A stretch of DNA of 64,000 nt from assembly GCA_030704615.1 (NCBI GenBank), contig CM060732.1, positions 53,630,001 through 53,694,000 of the forward strand, read 5' to 3'. The notes under the pieces were generated by a model. It was not told the origin of the DNA. It worked only from the letters and a program-made list of their open reading frames with translations, and made no database searches. The translations under genes and the position numbers were made by a program. This DNA comes from Takakia lepidozioides. Lineage: Eukaryota; Plantae; Bryophyta. Positions 52,055 to 64,000 of the stretch are shown here, one piece after another. The first letter of the stretch is position 1, and every line of letters begins with the position of its first letter.

Positions 52055-52662
52055 TGTCACAGTGAAGCACCCTTGAGTGTCGAACGCACTCAAGGAGGCG
52101 GAGGCGCTCACAAGGTGGAGCCCGACAAATCGGGTGGCAGTGATGGGGGCTCCACGAGAGTCGTAGTGGGGGTGACATAGGACTCACCATGAGGCTGATG
52201 CCTTGTGGTGGGAGTCGTGGGGAGTCTTGGGACTCACCACGGTCCATTGGGCCAAGACTCACCGCGACTCATCACAGGGACGACCGAGGGTCTAAGTGGT
52301 GGTGCACTAGATTTGGACTTGGCTACTTGTGGAACCCCCGTGGACACCTATAGAAGTATATATAGGGAGTAGTAACCCTGAGAACGGTGCAAGCCCGTTG
52401 GTGACCTAAAACTAGTGAGTAAATGTGCGAGCCGGAAAGCGACCAAGGTGTGGGGAGCTGTTCCGGACTGCCATCTACTAAAGAGAATTTCCACTGAGCG
52501 CAACAGGTCGAGGGTCGAGTGGGGGTGTGACGGGGACCGTTATGCCCTGGTGAGCAGCCAAAGCTTCGAGTTGGCCCAGCGGCCAGTTTGGGAGTTAGGC
52601 GCGCACATCAAAGCGAGTAACTATTACTTGAAGGGGAGCTTACCGAAGTGAGGTGCGCGACA
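52055..52662 (+). mobile_element. Solo LTR (608 bp)
   Basis: TGTCAC..GCGACA ends, perfect 5-bp TSD CATGT (52050-52054 and 52663-52667), TATA-like TATATATAG near 52357. Confidence 0.85.
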
Positions 52663-53861
52663 CATGTGAATGTGCCAATATGAGGTATGTGAATAAGCCT
52701 GGTATAGCCACATATACCCTCTAATTGTATTGTTGTGGTACAATAAGTGCATAATGTTGTGGAGTCTAGTGCACTACTATTACCACTATTACTGATGTAC
52801 AATTACATTACAAATAGCATGAATCAATTGTAGCACTTTGGTGCAGTTAGTGCATAGTGTTCATGTGGTATATTGCAATTAATGTTGTACAATGACATAA
52901 CAAAGATATGTCTAAATCAAATGTGTTGAGGTGGTACAATTGACCCATATTATCGTAGTAACACATGTTTTTTTATTTTTTTCAGACTCACTGTGATGAC
53001 ATGAGCAAAAAATTTATTGCCTACATATTGTCTATAGGTACTATGTGATAATGAACCAGACCAATTGTAGTGTTGTGGTATACTAATGTGGTCAACTATA
53101 CTTTAGCCCTATGAGGTCAATTGTACGATAACCATGTAATCACATCACAATGTAATTGGAGGCATATCAAATACGTATATTGTACCATAGTCCATTCAGG
53201 CTCTATGTAAAGTAGTTATACATTGTAATTGTAATATACCACACTACAATAGCACTATGCACACAGTGTACCGCAACAATATATTAGGTTCATCTCTTTG
53301 TAATGTAAATATACAGTACTGTACCAGACCGGTACATTTCATTCATGCTCTTTGCAATCCTGGCGTCTTTACACACCTCATCTTAACCTAGTCATCTGCA
53401 TGACATTAAAGTCTTCACATTACCTTAGTACCTACGATTGCAATGGTAGAAAAATAATTAATCATGTTGCATGAGATCCACACACTATTGAGATAAGCAG
53501 AATGTTGTCCTCGTGTTGCGTTGTAGATCTAATGCTTTTCGACCCATCGCCAATGCATGACAATGTGGCAATGTATCCAATTCCTACATCCTTGGCGATC
53601 TATATTTTTTCCCTTTCCAACTGTAGAGTTTCTTCGTGGCGTTAGTTTCTTCGTGGCGTTTGTTTTCTTGAATTTGAGCATCTATCATGGCGGCGACCAC
53701 TTTTTCTCAGTTGGCTTGGAGAACCGCGGTCAAGTCTTCCGCTGATTTAGGAGAGAGTCATCAACGTTTTGGAATAGATGACAAAGTCTCAGTCAACTCC
53801 TTAGAGGTTGAATTAGACATAGTACCTAATGAACACGACATTGTTTACAACTTCGTCATCA

Positions 53862-54589
53862 TCAGCCAAAATTCCTACGTATACTATGCGCACTGATATT
53901 CATTTGCAGGGAAACCAAAAATCCATGAATTTCTAAAGTAGGGGCGATGATACTTCTTGGTCTGTCCACGGCAAAAGTGTCGATTGGAAGATCACTTGAA
54001 TCTACAGCCTTGGAGGTCTTCACAAACCATTGTGATAAATCATCAAAGAGTTCTTGGTGAAGATATGTTTTGGGCATCTTGACATCTTTCCTTTCTTGGG
54101 GGGTCATGTGGTAATAAGATTTCCTCCCACTTAGGATCTTCTTTTCATAATCCCAGACCTTACGGATGTCTGAAGATATCGCTTCCCATTTGTCTTGACA
54201 TTGTTGTGCACTTCTCAAAACACCTTATTGAAAACATGCATTTTTCAACTATTTGCCACGTGTAAGGAGCAGATTGATGTAAAGTTTTGGAGCCTGATTG
54301 AGGGCCATGTCTGGTCCAGCCGCTTCGCTTTGCAGCTAGCAAAACCATCATCTCTCATAAAGCAACCATGTCCCTTTTGTGTAAACCATTCTTGGAATGC
54401 ATCCCTATTAAGCTCCAATTTTGGTGGTGTCATCGTTTGGACCATTTTCACTGTTGGTGTTCCATTTGTTTCCACAATTGGTGTTTCATGCAGTGCATGT
54501 GAGTTTTCTTCATTCAGCATAATCATCATATTCACTTTTCGCTGTTCACACAATGTGGTCGTCAGAGTACGCAATGAAGGGAAAGCCAA
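53862..54589 (-). pseudogene. Harbinger-associated Myb/SANT-like DNA-binding protein, frameshifted
   Basis: MMVLLAAK..WQIVEKCM..RSAQQCQDKWEAISSDIRKVWDYEK spread over three overlapping frames; convergent with the nuclease remnant. Confidence 0.75.
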
Positions 54590-55479
54590 GAAAATGCGCG
54601 AAAAGATAGACCTGCTCGGCCGCTGATCGCAAAAACCAACGTTCTATAGCCGGCGCAAGTCAAAGATCGGGACCCGATCTCCCAACTTTTAGCTTTTAAC
54701 AGATAGTTGGGAGATTGCACCCTGAATAGGGTTTGGGTCCGGGTTTGGTACATGAAAATGCCACTAAGACTGTTTAAAACCTGGTCATGATATCATCTTT
54801 TGGTCAGGTTTGACCACATGGAAGGACGCCACATCACATCAACCACGTTGCTTGATACAACGCTCGTCAAACTATCTTAAGAAAAGAAAAACTTTGTTCC
54901 TTCACATAGATTGAAGGCAACTATGAGCTTCAACAGCATCAGACGGCGCGCAACTTTATCTTTTGTGAGTGAGTAAAGTGATAAGCATGAAAATTAAAGT
55001 GAGTCCACAAAACCACTAACATGAGGATAGAGTACACGCTTTTACTCGCTTCTCCAAATCCCTCAAAAGTGTCTGCTCCATGTCAGCAACACGCACCAAC
55101 ACCCTTGTTCACATACTTTCCTAGTAGTGTTTCAAGAGCATCTCAGACAAGAGAGAGAGAGACAGATCGATCTTTGCCTCGTAAAGATCACACAGCAACG
55201 TTGCGAGAGTAGGTCCAAAGCCATGCAATACGAGTAGTGTAGGACCGAGGTTCAAAAGATATGTACCTTTGCTATCAATAACCAGGGTAAAAAGGAGACA
55301 TGGTCATGTTCTTCACTTGAAGCCCGGGATAGAGAATATGTATTCCGGGATACAAAATTTTAAACCCGGGCTCTGGATTATTGTCCTGGGCTTTGCCATT
55401 CCGGCCTTTTGGACTTCCGTAGAAAGAGAAGAGGGTACAGTAGAGCTTGGCGAGAGGCAAGCGAGAGAGCCCAGGATGC

Positions 55480-57710
55480 GACGGACGAGGTGGGGACGAA
55501 GCCGGCCAGCAGGGCCATGTGGATTGAGAGCCCCCCCACACAGTGAGTCACAACGTGGGGGCCTTTCACCGCTGCGATCTTTGCGAACACTGCATGCAGC
55601 AATGGTGTTTTGTCAGTGAAGGTAGTAGCTTTCCAGGCAGTAGTCGTTTATCAGCAGAACCACTCGAGACTGTGCGCCATCATCGTCCGCTTCCTCATTG
55701 CAACGGAATTGCTTGCAGCTGATCTCCCATCCGTCCTCTGTCCAGCGAACCGAAGTGGTTGGTAAGAACAACGACTTGATCTTATAAATGGAAGATATCT
55801 ACAAACTATATTATGCTCTAATCATCATGTTTAATGACTGTACATCTGAGGGAGGCAATCAACATCGCTCAAAAATATGAGTGCTTCTAGTCTTGCAAGT
55901 ATAGTCTTTGGGCCAAAATGGACAGTATAAAGACTCAAGACCGAGGGGAATAAGTCGGGGAATAAGTCGGGGACAGAAATCTTTAAAGAGTGGGCTGTAC
56001 ATATTTAGATTGAAAGGCTGGATTTTAGAATAATGCAGGTGAAGTGAAACCCATGTATAAAGAAGCAGACCATGTCAGTATCATACCTGTGGTGATGTTG
56101 TGGAGCACAAATCGAGGAAGATTGCTGTGGGGAGTAGAGGGTAAAAACTTTGGTGAAACTCCCGCCAGGCGAGGCCCTTTAAAGAAATAAGTCCGAAGCA
56201 TGCTTGCTGCTAGTAGCCTTACAAAATTGAGCTCTTTTTGTGCCACGCAAAGTGCATAGAGAGTGCAGAAGGCTTAGCATGCTCACTCTAAGTTTGCCCT
56301 CCAGCACCAATGGCTTCTCAATACCTGGCGTCTTTGAGTGAGGAGGCATACCCGATGCATAGTCATGTGAAGAATTGTTGACTCTTGCCAAGCAGGAAAG
56401 GCTGCATTACCTTCCTGCCATCCAACACATATCTGCACCAAGCACGCAACATAAGCGTGTGTCACCTTGACAAATTTATATGCACCAATTTTGTAGCATT
56501 TCCTTTTTCTTAAGAAAGACAGTGACAGCAATCTAATCTGATGACAGAAAAAATTGGATACAATTTTTTTTTTGGGGTGAGAATGTATCTGTTTGCCGCA
56601 GTCTTGTGGCCATAGACCCTGGGCAGAAAAAGAGGGAGCATTTGGGGAGAGAGAGAGGCAAGACTGTTCCAAGGTGGATACAGAAAGCTTACCTGGCCCC
56701 AGACGAAGCTGCAAGAAGAAGATGATAGTGCATATACTGAGTGAAAGGCACACGGGGATCAACCCAGCACATATCTACATATCCATCCATAACATGCAGC
56801 ACTCCTGCATCCAGTGATTGCATAAACAACTTTCCACCCCCACAACCTCGCAGCAGTGGGTGGGGATCTCCAAAGCTCCGGTTGCTAGAAATGAGAGGTA
56901 ATGGTCACTCCAGAGCTGGTAGCCATTGGGGCTTACTCCCATGTTCAACACCAACTGAAACAGTGTACATACCATGTTAGAATTGTTTTTGGTTGCAGTG
57001 TAGATCGTACAGATTTTGCGGGCAAAGCAAATTCTTAGGCCTATGATATTTCTTCCAATTTTGGTGAGGGATGTGTTCCTCTAAAGAGACAAACCTGCAG
57101 TGTGCAGGGCATTCTGCCTAGGTTTCCACGCAGAGTCCCCTGAAGTATTATTGGCTGGTGCCCTTCCTCTCTAACTGTTTTTCAAGCAGCCCTGGCAGTA
57201 CATGCGGTCTTCCTTCAGTTCTAGATAATGTATCAGCTGACTTCATTAACCAGCTACTGACCCACTTTTGGGAGTGGACACCCTGTTGTTCTCACTTTGT
57301 TTCATGTGTTTGAGGTCCTTGCTATCCAACTTCTCATCAATGTTGGGCACCCACTGGTAGAGAGGTCCATTTTGCTTCTTGTTCCTTTCTGGGGACTTTA
57401 AAGAGACGGTATCACCTGCCAGTGGGATTGAGTTGGAGCTGGCCTCTTTAGGAATAGGACTGCACTCTTTGGCATGTTCCTTCACCGCAAATGGAATTGT
57501 CCTAAGATATTCTTTCATCCGCAGGAAGTAAATGGTATCCTGCACAAGATAACTAGCCACGTGCTCCGCTACTGTTGTGATAGTACTCAATGGATTCACA
57601 CCCACAGCACATGGAACAAGGGAAGCATCACAGACATATAGGCCAGCATGTACAGTTGTGGGAGCAGTCAAGTCCATAGGAACCTCCTTTTCCACCGTCC
57701 CTGTACCTGA
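55480..57710 (-). pseudogene. Fragmented plant cholesterol-oxidase-like gene (GMC oxidoreductase C-terminus plus alpha/beta-hydrolase region)
   Basis: VHAGLYVCDASLVPCAVGVNPLSTITTVAEHV (GMC C-terminus), GTLRGNLGRMPCT, HPLLRG, YMHYHLLLAASSG, SMLRTYF, HVVTHCVGGLSIHMALLAG. Stops, frameshifts and a missing FAD-binding N-terminus. Confidence 0.75.
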
Positions 57711-59453
57711 AGCTCCCCAAGCTAGTAGGAGTAACGAGATTCAAATGTCAAACTTGCTCTTGTTGGGGTACAGCTTAGACAAAGTATTACTTCAGAAATA
57801 CTGGATAACTTCTCAGCTTTGTAGGGTTGTTCTAAGACACAATCACTGAAATCTTAAGACATGGAAGTTTCTCAATGGAAGCCATGGGAAGCTTGGGAGT
57901 CTTGATTGATATATGTTCTTGGCAGATATCTGAGAGTGTGGCAAGTCAATATGCTATAGCGACTGAGGCCGCACTCCCCTTGTGTATGGACACAATCACA
58001 GGGTGCATACATACCTGTGTGGTTGTGGAGCTCCCAGGTTCAACCTCGTGTGCAAGCTGCCAGTCAGTCAGTGGTGATAGGCATTGCCTTCACACACAGT
58101 TTTTTGCATTTCTGAGCGCAATGACTTAGTACATACACAGGACGCGGGTCTGTTCATTTTTGATATGTCAAAAATGGAGAGGTGAGGGAAAAGACTGCAT
58201 TCAAAGGCAAAGGCTTATGCCTGGTTTTATCCCTGATAGTGCTGACCCAAGACCTTGGAGTGTTATATGGGTCTGTAGACAGTGGCGTTGGGGTTTATCG
58301 ACCTGTTTCTTCCTTTCTTAAAAACTTGAGCAGGTCAGACTCAGAGTGCATCTTTTGTTCTCTATTGTTTAACAAGGACTAAGTAGTTGTATAAACCAGA
58401 CCCCCTCGTCGTCATCATCAACCACCAAAATATGCGTTCAAAGGTTTCCTTGGAAAGCTGAATTATCTTTCACTGAAAAACCTGATGCTATTGTTTCATC
58501 TGTACTAGTGTGAAGTCCACCACATGCAAGATTGTTGACCAGTTTGAAATTTCCGGTGCTAATCCCCCACAGTCCATCCAAACATTAAGTACCCGATAGT
58601 TCTATCTTACAACAGTGAATCCAAGCAGCCACACTTGCTGATAAGGTGATCCATTTAGTGGTCAAACTTGAAGGTGATATGCATTCATACTCTCTGCAAA
58701 TTTGACAGCAAGCAAATGGGAGGTAGACATACAAAGAATTGTCTTGCTGAAAGAGAAACTACATTGGGTGGGATAATTCAATAAAATGAAAGAATAAATG
58801 GGGCTGTCCAGATTCAGCCAAGTTTCTTTATGCCAAGATGGTAGTACTGGCACAAATAGACAAGGGATGGTTCATGCTATAACTTTCGCAAGCCTGCTAC
58901 ACTCGCATTCCACAGATGATGAAAGGTCTTGGGTTCCCCCAGCAATATCGACGTTGCCAGAGCTCCTGCAGGCTCTACAGCTACATGTATGATAAAAGCT
59001 ACCATCACTTGATGAAACTGACAAACGAGGCTGAGAAATCCAGATTGAAATGTATAATTGCCTGGTCGTTGGGGAAAGAAACCTTGCCCAGGTCACCTCT
59101 GATAGATTTCACAGCTTGAGTAAGACAGCAATCGGAGAGCAGTCGTCAGCCAAAAACTGGTCTAACGAATTCCTTACAGGAGATCATTTGTATATCGACT
59201 TTGGGATCGTCTAATCATTCCAATGAACTACGTAGATGTGATTTGCGCCTTGATATCTAATTGTAAATTATAACTTCTACAAGCATGGGATATTAAATTC
59301 TTCAGTTGAAGTAACCAGCGGAGCCTCACCTAGGGTGATGTAGCCACGGCATAGGACTTATTAGTATGTGCAAGTTAGTCTAGAGGATGACCCAGCACCA
59401 GGTACCACATCGGAAGTTGAAACTGCTCACCTGAACATCTGTATGACAAGCTG

Positions 59454-62403
59454 TCATATTGTTTTATCCGATACTCTCTGCCTTTGTATCCAGATGGAGT
59501 AAAGAATCATATGGAACACATCATATCGCACTGGAACTTTGGGTGCTGCAGCTTCAAGCCATTCAAAATGTCTTCTCACATGCTTCAGCCGTCTTTGCAT
59601 GGCTTGGTATTTAGTATGTGGAATACCCATCAAGACGTCCTTCAAGTTGGGGATGTCCCTCTCAGGAACTGTGATGGAGAACTTCTTCCAGTCCAGCACG
59701 TCACTGAATGGTAGAATAAAATTGTCAGAGATGATGACAGGTACACAATCATTGAGGATCGATTCCACCAAACGTGGGCTGTTCACTTCAAAGCCCTTGG
59801 GACAGATGCAGAACTTGCTGAGCTTCATATGTTGCGTATATGATATATTTACAGCTACCGCTGGGGGCAAAACCTCGTAGATTCTCATAGATGGATCCTT
59901 ATCTTTCCAGTATTGAACAAGCACCGGTCGCACCGGGCCGTGCATCTGGCCAGCAAAGAACGCCAAGAAGGGTCTCTCGTCGAGCTCTAGCCCAAAGGTA
60001 TCCACGTTTCTCGAACTATGGAGGGTTTGCGGAAGCGACACGTCTTTGTTTACCTCGAAGTCCTGGGTGACATCAGCATTGCAGACAACCTTCATTGCAT
60101 TGCTCCGAAGCTCCCCGTGGTTTCGGGCCGAATCCGGTGCCTACACACAAGTCATCAGTACAATTTCTGGAATGACTTCGATCAGTGTCCATGTACAAAG
60201 TTTTGGTGCTGCACGTTGTACACACAAGGCCACTGCAGGTATACGCACACATCGTTTTAGCTCTTCCAAGGAAACACGAGATGGGAAGTGCACTGCAGTT
60301 TGAGTTACTGCCGATGTTTGATTTACGAGCTAGCAAAACAAAGAGAAGTACAACAAATTACAATATAGGCTCACCCAATCATGACAGGACACAAAGAAGT
60401 GGTCTGCCCCTTGGGTACGGTTCCAAAAAGGGTACTTCGAGGCTATCTTTGCAACATAGTTTGCAACGTAGGTCTTCAGGATCCGCATGCTATGCGAATT
60501 CGGGTCTTGCAGGTAGTCCACAATTTGGCGGACGCTGTAAGGCATGAAGTACATGTGAGCCTTGGCGGGGTCAGATACAATAAAGCGGTTCCATGGATGC
60601 TCCATGCGCTCGAGGAAGAGACCTTCAGAGGCATAGATGCCTGTTGTTTTCGCTCCATGAAACAGCGGCTTGTACCCATCCTTGTATACGTAGATCCGAA
60701 AAGTTTTCTCCATCATTTCATAGCTCCTGAGAGTATCAATTCAAAATTGCAGATCATTAGATGCCTGTATGTCTGTACAACTGTACATATAATAATCTAA
60801 TCTGCAAGTTACGCAACTCAGGGCTCCCAGGTGAATATCTCTAGAACGATCACGTCTTTAATCCGTGCAGCATTTCATGCTACCCAGGTAATCATCTTCA
60901 GCAGGTTCATCCTTGCATTCTTACCTAGGGCATTTGGTCATGTTTGGACGTACTAAAACTATGTGAGATTAAATTATGTTCATGTGCCAAGACTGTAGTT
61001 GTAAGACTTACTTCTTAAATCTAGAGAGGTTGTGGTACACGTCTTCGGAGAAGTCGAAATCATGATCATCGTACACAGGAAGTTTCGGTAACATTGTCTG
61101 CTTGGATGTAGTCACATTCTGGTTGGGAATGTCTGTAAGTTGCCTCTGGTGATATGTCTGCACCCATTATGCACACGTACAGAAGATATCAGTATTTTGA
61201 ACCCAGGCACTTGAACATTTCTGATTAAATGTACATGAATAGAGCTTACCGCTACAGTCTAACTAGTCTCGGGACCTGGATACATCACATTGAGTTCTAA
61301 TATGAAGCATGTGCATGAATGAATCACATATGAATCAAGTATGACGTCTGACATATAATTCAAGGTCATCGCACTTGTTGGCGACATTAGAGGGTTATCT
61401 GTCTTAGATTCCGTAGGAAGGACAGACACAGAAGTCTCAGCAGTCATAACCGGTCGAAAGCCAGATTTGAAGATGTTGTGTTCACGATACATGTACCATC
61501 GTGAACAATTGATGAAGTTTGTCCTCGAGCATTTCTTCTTGAAGGAAAAACCATACCTGTGTCGATGACGACAAGAATATACTCTAGATACATATGTATT
61601 CAAAATATGGAGTAGTAACATTTAGGCATGTCGAGAACAACGAAACGGTAACTACAATTAATAATTAGTAGGTGCGAGGAGGATCTAGCTATTTACAGAG
61701 CAAGTTTTCTTTTACAAGAAGCGGAAGATGAGCTTTCGAAGTGTTCAGGGACCGAAAGCAGCTCATGTACAAGAACAGATGTTCAAAAGTAAACTTGAGT
61801 ATTCATATAATTTACAGGCTGACATGTACAAGTACATACCCGGAGCATGAAGGCCTTCCTTCTCAGGTTTTGATTATACACTTCTCCTACCATGGTAGCA
61901 GTGCCTGTCGTCGATGCGACATGCCTCAAATGTTGGTTTCTCATATCAGCGCTTGTGGGTCCCATCGCCCGATGGAAATGATAGAAAAATCTTTGAGCAG
62001 CGTAGCTTGCAAAACAGAGATACAAAAAGAGAAACGTCAACGAAGCAACAACCAGTGCGATGGCAGGCCAGGTTGTGAGAATCCGTCGATTATATGCTGG
62101 CTGATCATGAGGAACGTCATCGACAACCAAGCTATCTACCGCTTTGTAATTCGGCCTCCCTCTCAAACTTCTTTTCCCACCAACGTGAACGCAAAGCATG
62201 CAGACAGGTATTGGACATCCTCTCTGCTCCTCTACATCTGTGTCCCGAGCTGTGTCCGTTCCAGTGTCTCGGCAGCTCTCCTGCGTTGGATCCGCCATCT
62301 CCGGCAGAGGAGCGTGCATCTCAAAATGCAAGTGCTTCCGGACGCTTACTGGATTGTGTGCTCTATCAGTGATAGCTGAGAGCAACACAGACGGAGATAT
62401 CAT
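59454..62403 (-). CDS. Exostosin-family (GT47) glycosyltransferase, type II membrane protein
   Basis: Exons 62403 (or 62319)-61840 with TM segment WPAIALVVASLTFLFLYLCFA, possible micro-exon 61583-61557, then 61157-61012, 60726-60375 (GIYASEG, WNRTQGADHFFVSCHDW) and 60140-59454 (SKFCICPKGFEVNSPRLVE, CVPVIISD). Confidence 0.93.
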
Positions 62404-62959
62404 TTTCCAAATCTTCAAAAAATGTATGAAACAGGTGGCCCGCGAACGACAACGTCGTCGTTGTAATCCGTGAGTATTGTTCAACTTAGAGTCATCCAGA
62501 AAACCAATAGCCGGTAGCAATCTTGAACCCAGGCGACTAGACACCACCTTCACTTCACCCCCCGTGCGGATCAAAATGTCTTTCAACACAGAAACACAGA
62601 GTTCAAGTCTAGAGCTCCCCGAAGACACAAATTGAATGCAGCACTTCAGCCGAATTTTGTTGATGAGAAAATTCTATGAGAGCATTGGAACCTGAACTTC
62701 TAGAAAATCGGAAACATGTAGTACACGGACATTCACTTCGCACACGTACTAGAGTCACTGCCAAATCTGCAATACTTTGCACAAACTTGTCAAAGCGCAT
62801 ACAGCAACCATGCAAGAGCCACACCTACAGGGGATGGCACGTCATTAATACTAACCTAATGAATCATGCTTCACGAAGTAATGTTGAGACAACATTACGT
62901 AAGAGTAGATCTAGCCTGCACAAGAGGTGCATACTGCATACTTAAAGTCGGCGAGCCGC

Positions 62960-62986
62960 AGAGAGAGAGAGAGAGAGAGAGAGAGA
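62960..62986. repeat. (GA)n microsatellite in the 5' region of the GT47 gene
   Basis: Uninterrupted GA run. Confidence 0.9.
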
Positions 62987-64000
62987 AGCGCAGGAAAGCA
63001 AGCAACCTGAGAGCAGAGTGCGCTCTGCTGTCTCTCACGCTGACTAATACCCTGTCCTCTCTTGCCCTATGCCCGTCGCCTCACTCTCATCCGTTGGATG
63101 AAAGATCCGACGATGGCCATGTCCTCGGTGACGGGCCCCCCTCGCCGAGAGAGTGGCGCCGCCAGCGAGTGTCCATCCCATAACCGGGGAGTGGATGGTC
63201 CACCAGCGTATCGCGATTCGCACTGCGCCGATGTGGCATATACATATTGCTCTGTCAACATCACACGTGCGCTGGCGTCTCCGTGCGTTCTTGTTTTTTG
63301 TTTTTGTATTTTGTTTTTGTATTTTGTTTTCTGAATGAATTTATTAGATGTCCAATTTTCTTTGCTTAATTGTTTTTCTTGGAACGCTCGGTGCTTGGCT
63401 CTCACCTCTCTACCTTTTTTGGTACTGCAAATTACCCCTTATTGAGCTTGCAATCTACCCTGGGGAATGGCTTTGGCCACAGAATATACCATTCTGTGGA
63501 TATTCTTCCAAGCTTGGGTACAATCTCCTTTGTCATGGAAGGGTTCCACTTGGGAAATGGCAGAATAAGTTGGGACCACCTGCTCTATAATAATTCAATT
63601 GGGCCTGTGTTGGGAAAGATGTTTGGCTAGTTTTTTGTTTAAAAATTTTTGACCTGCAAAAATATTCAGATTTCATTGAAAGGCTTGCAGTAGGATTCTG
63701 CCTGTGGGTGGGAGTCTCTCCCCTGCACAACATTGTGAGGTATGTAATGGTGGGGCCCTGACACACTTGAGCATTGTCTTTTGATTCCCCCTTGGCAGCC
63801 ACAATTTTGTCTAAAACAAAGCGGCTAGTCCTATGGCTACTCTTTGTGACTAATGAAATCCACTTTCATCCATAATAAACTTGAAAATTCATCCATTTAT
63901 CTCTCATAAGTTATTCAAATACTAGAGAATATAAGAGTGTTGGGCGGTAGTCGCCCTGACCCCGGTTAACCGACGGATCGGGGTTCCGGTTAATAAGAAC

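Noticed and set aside
61741-62379. 212-aa plus-strand ORF
   Set aside because: Antisense shadow of GT47 exon 1.

Overview
Nuclear DNA of a land plant, most likely a non-seed plant (GT-AG introns, PLS-DYW PPR gene, many plant transposons); the species cannot be fixed from sequence alone. The main feature is a complete 12.15-kb Mutator-like element (4053-16204) with ~400-bp TIRs and a perfect 9-bp TSD (GGCTGAAAG). It carries two convergent, recently decayed genes: a MULE/SWIM transposase (-) resembling, from memory, domesticated angiosperm SWIM genes, and a long multi-exon gene ending in a Ulp1/C48 SUMO-protease domain (+). The element is saturated with a short GC[A/G]GACT motif. A 575-bp MITE with the same terminus and motif lies at 39460-40034. 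Host genes are a PPR-DYW editing factor with one stop at the E2/DYW junction, a rhamnogalacturonan lyase, an HSP20-like gene, a GT47 exostosin glycosyltransferase and a broken cholesterol-oxidase-like gene. The rest is CACTA, hAT, PIF/Harbinger, LINE, SINE, solo-LTR and MITE debris. Family assignments come from motif recognition, not database searches.
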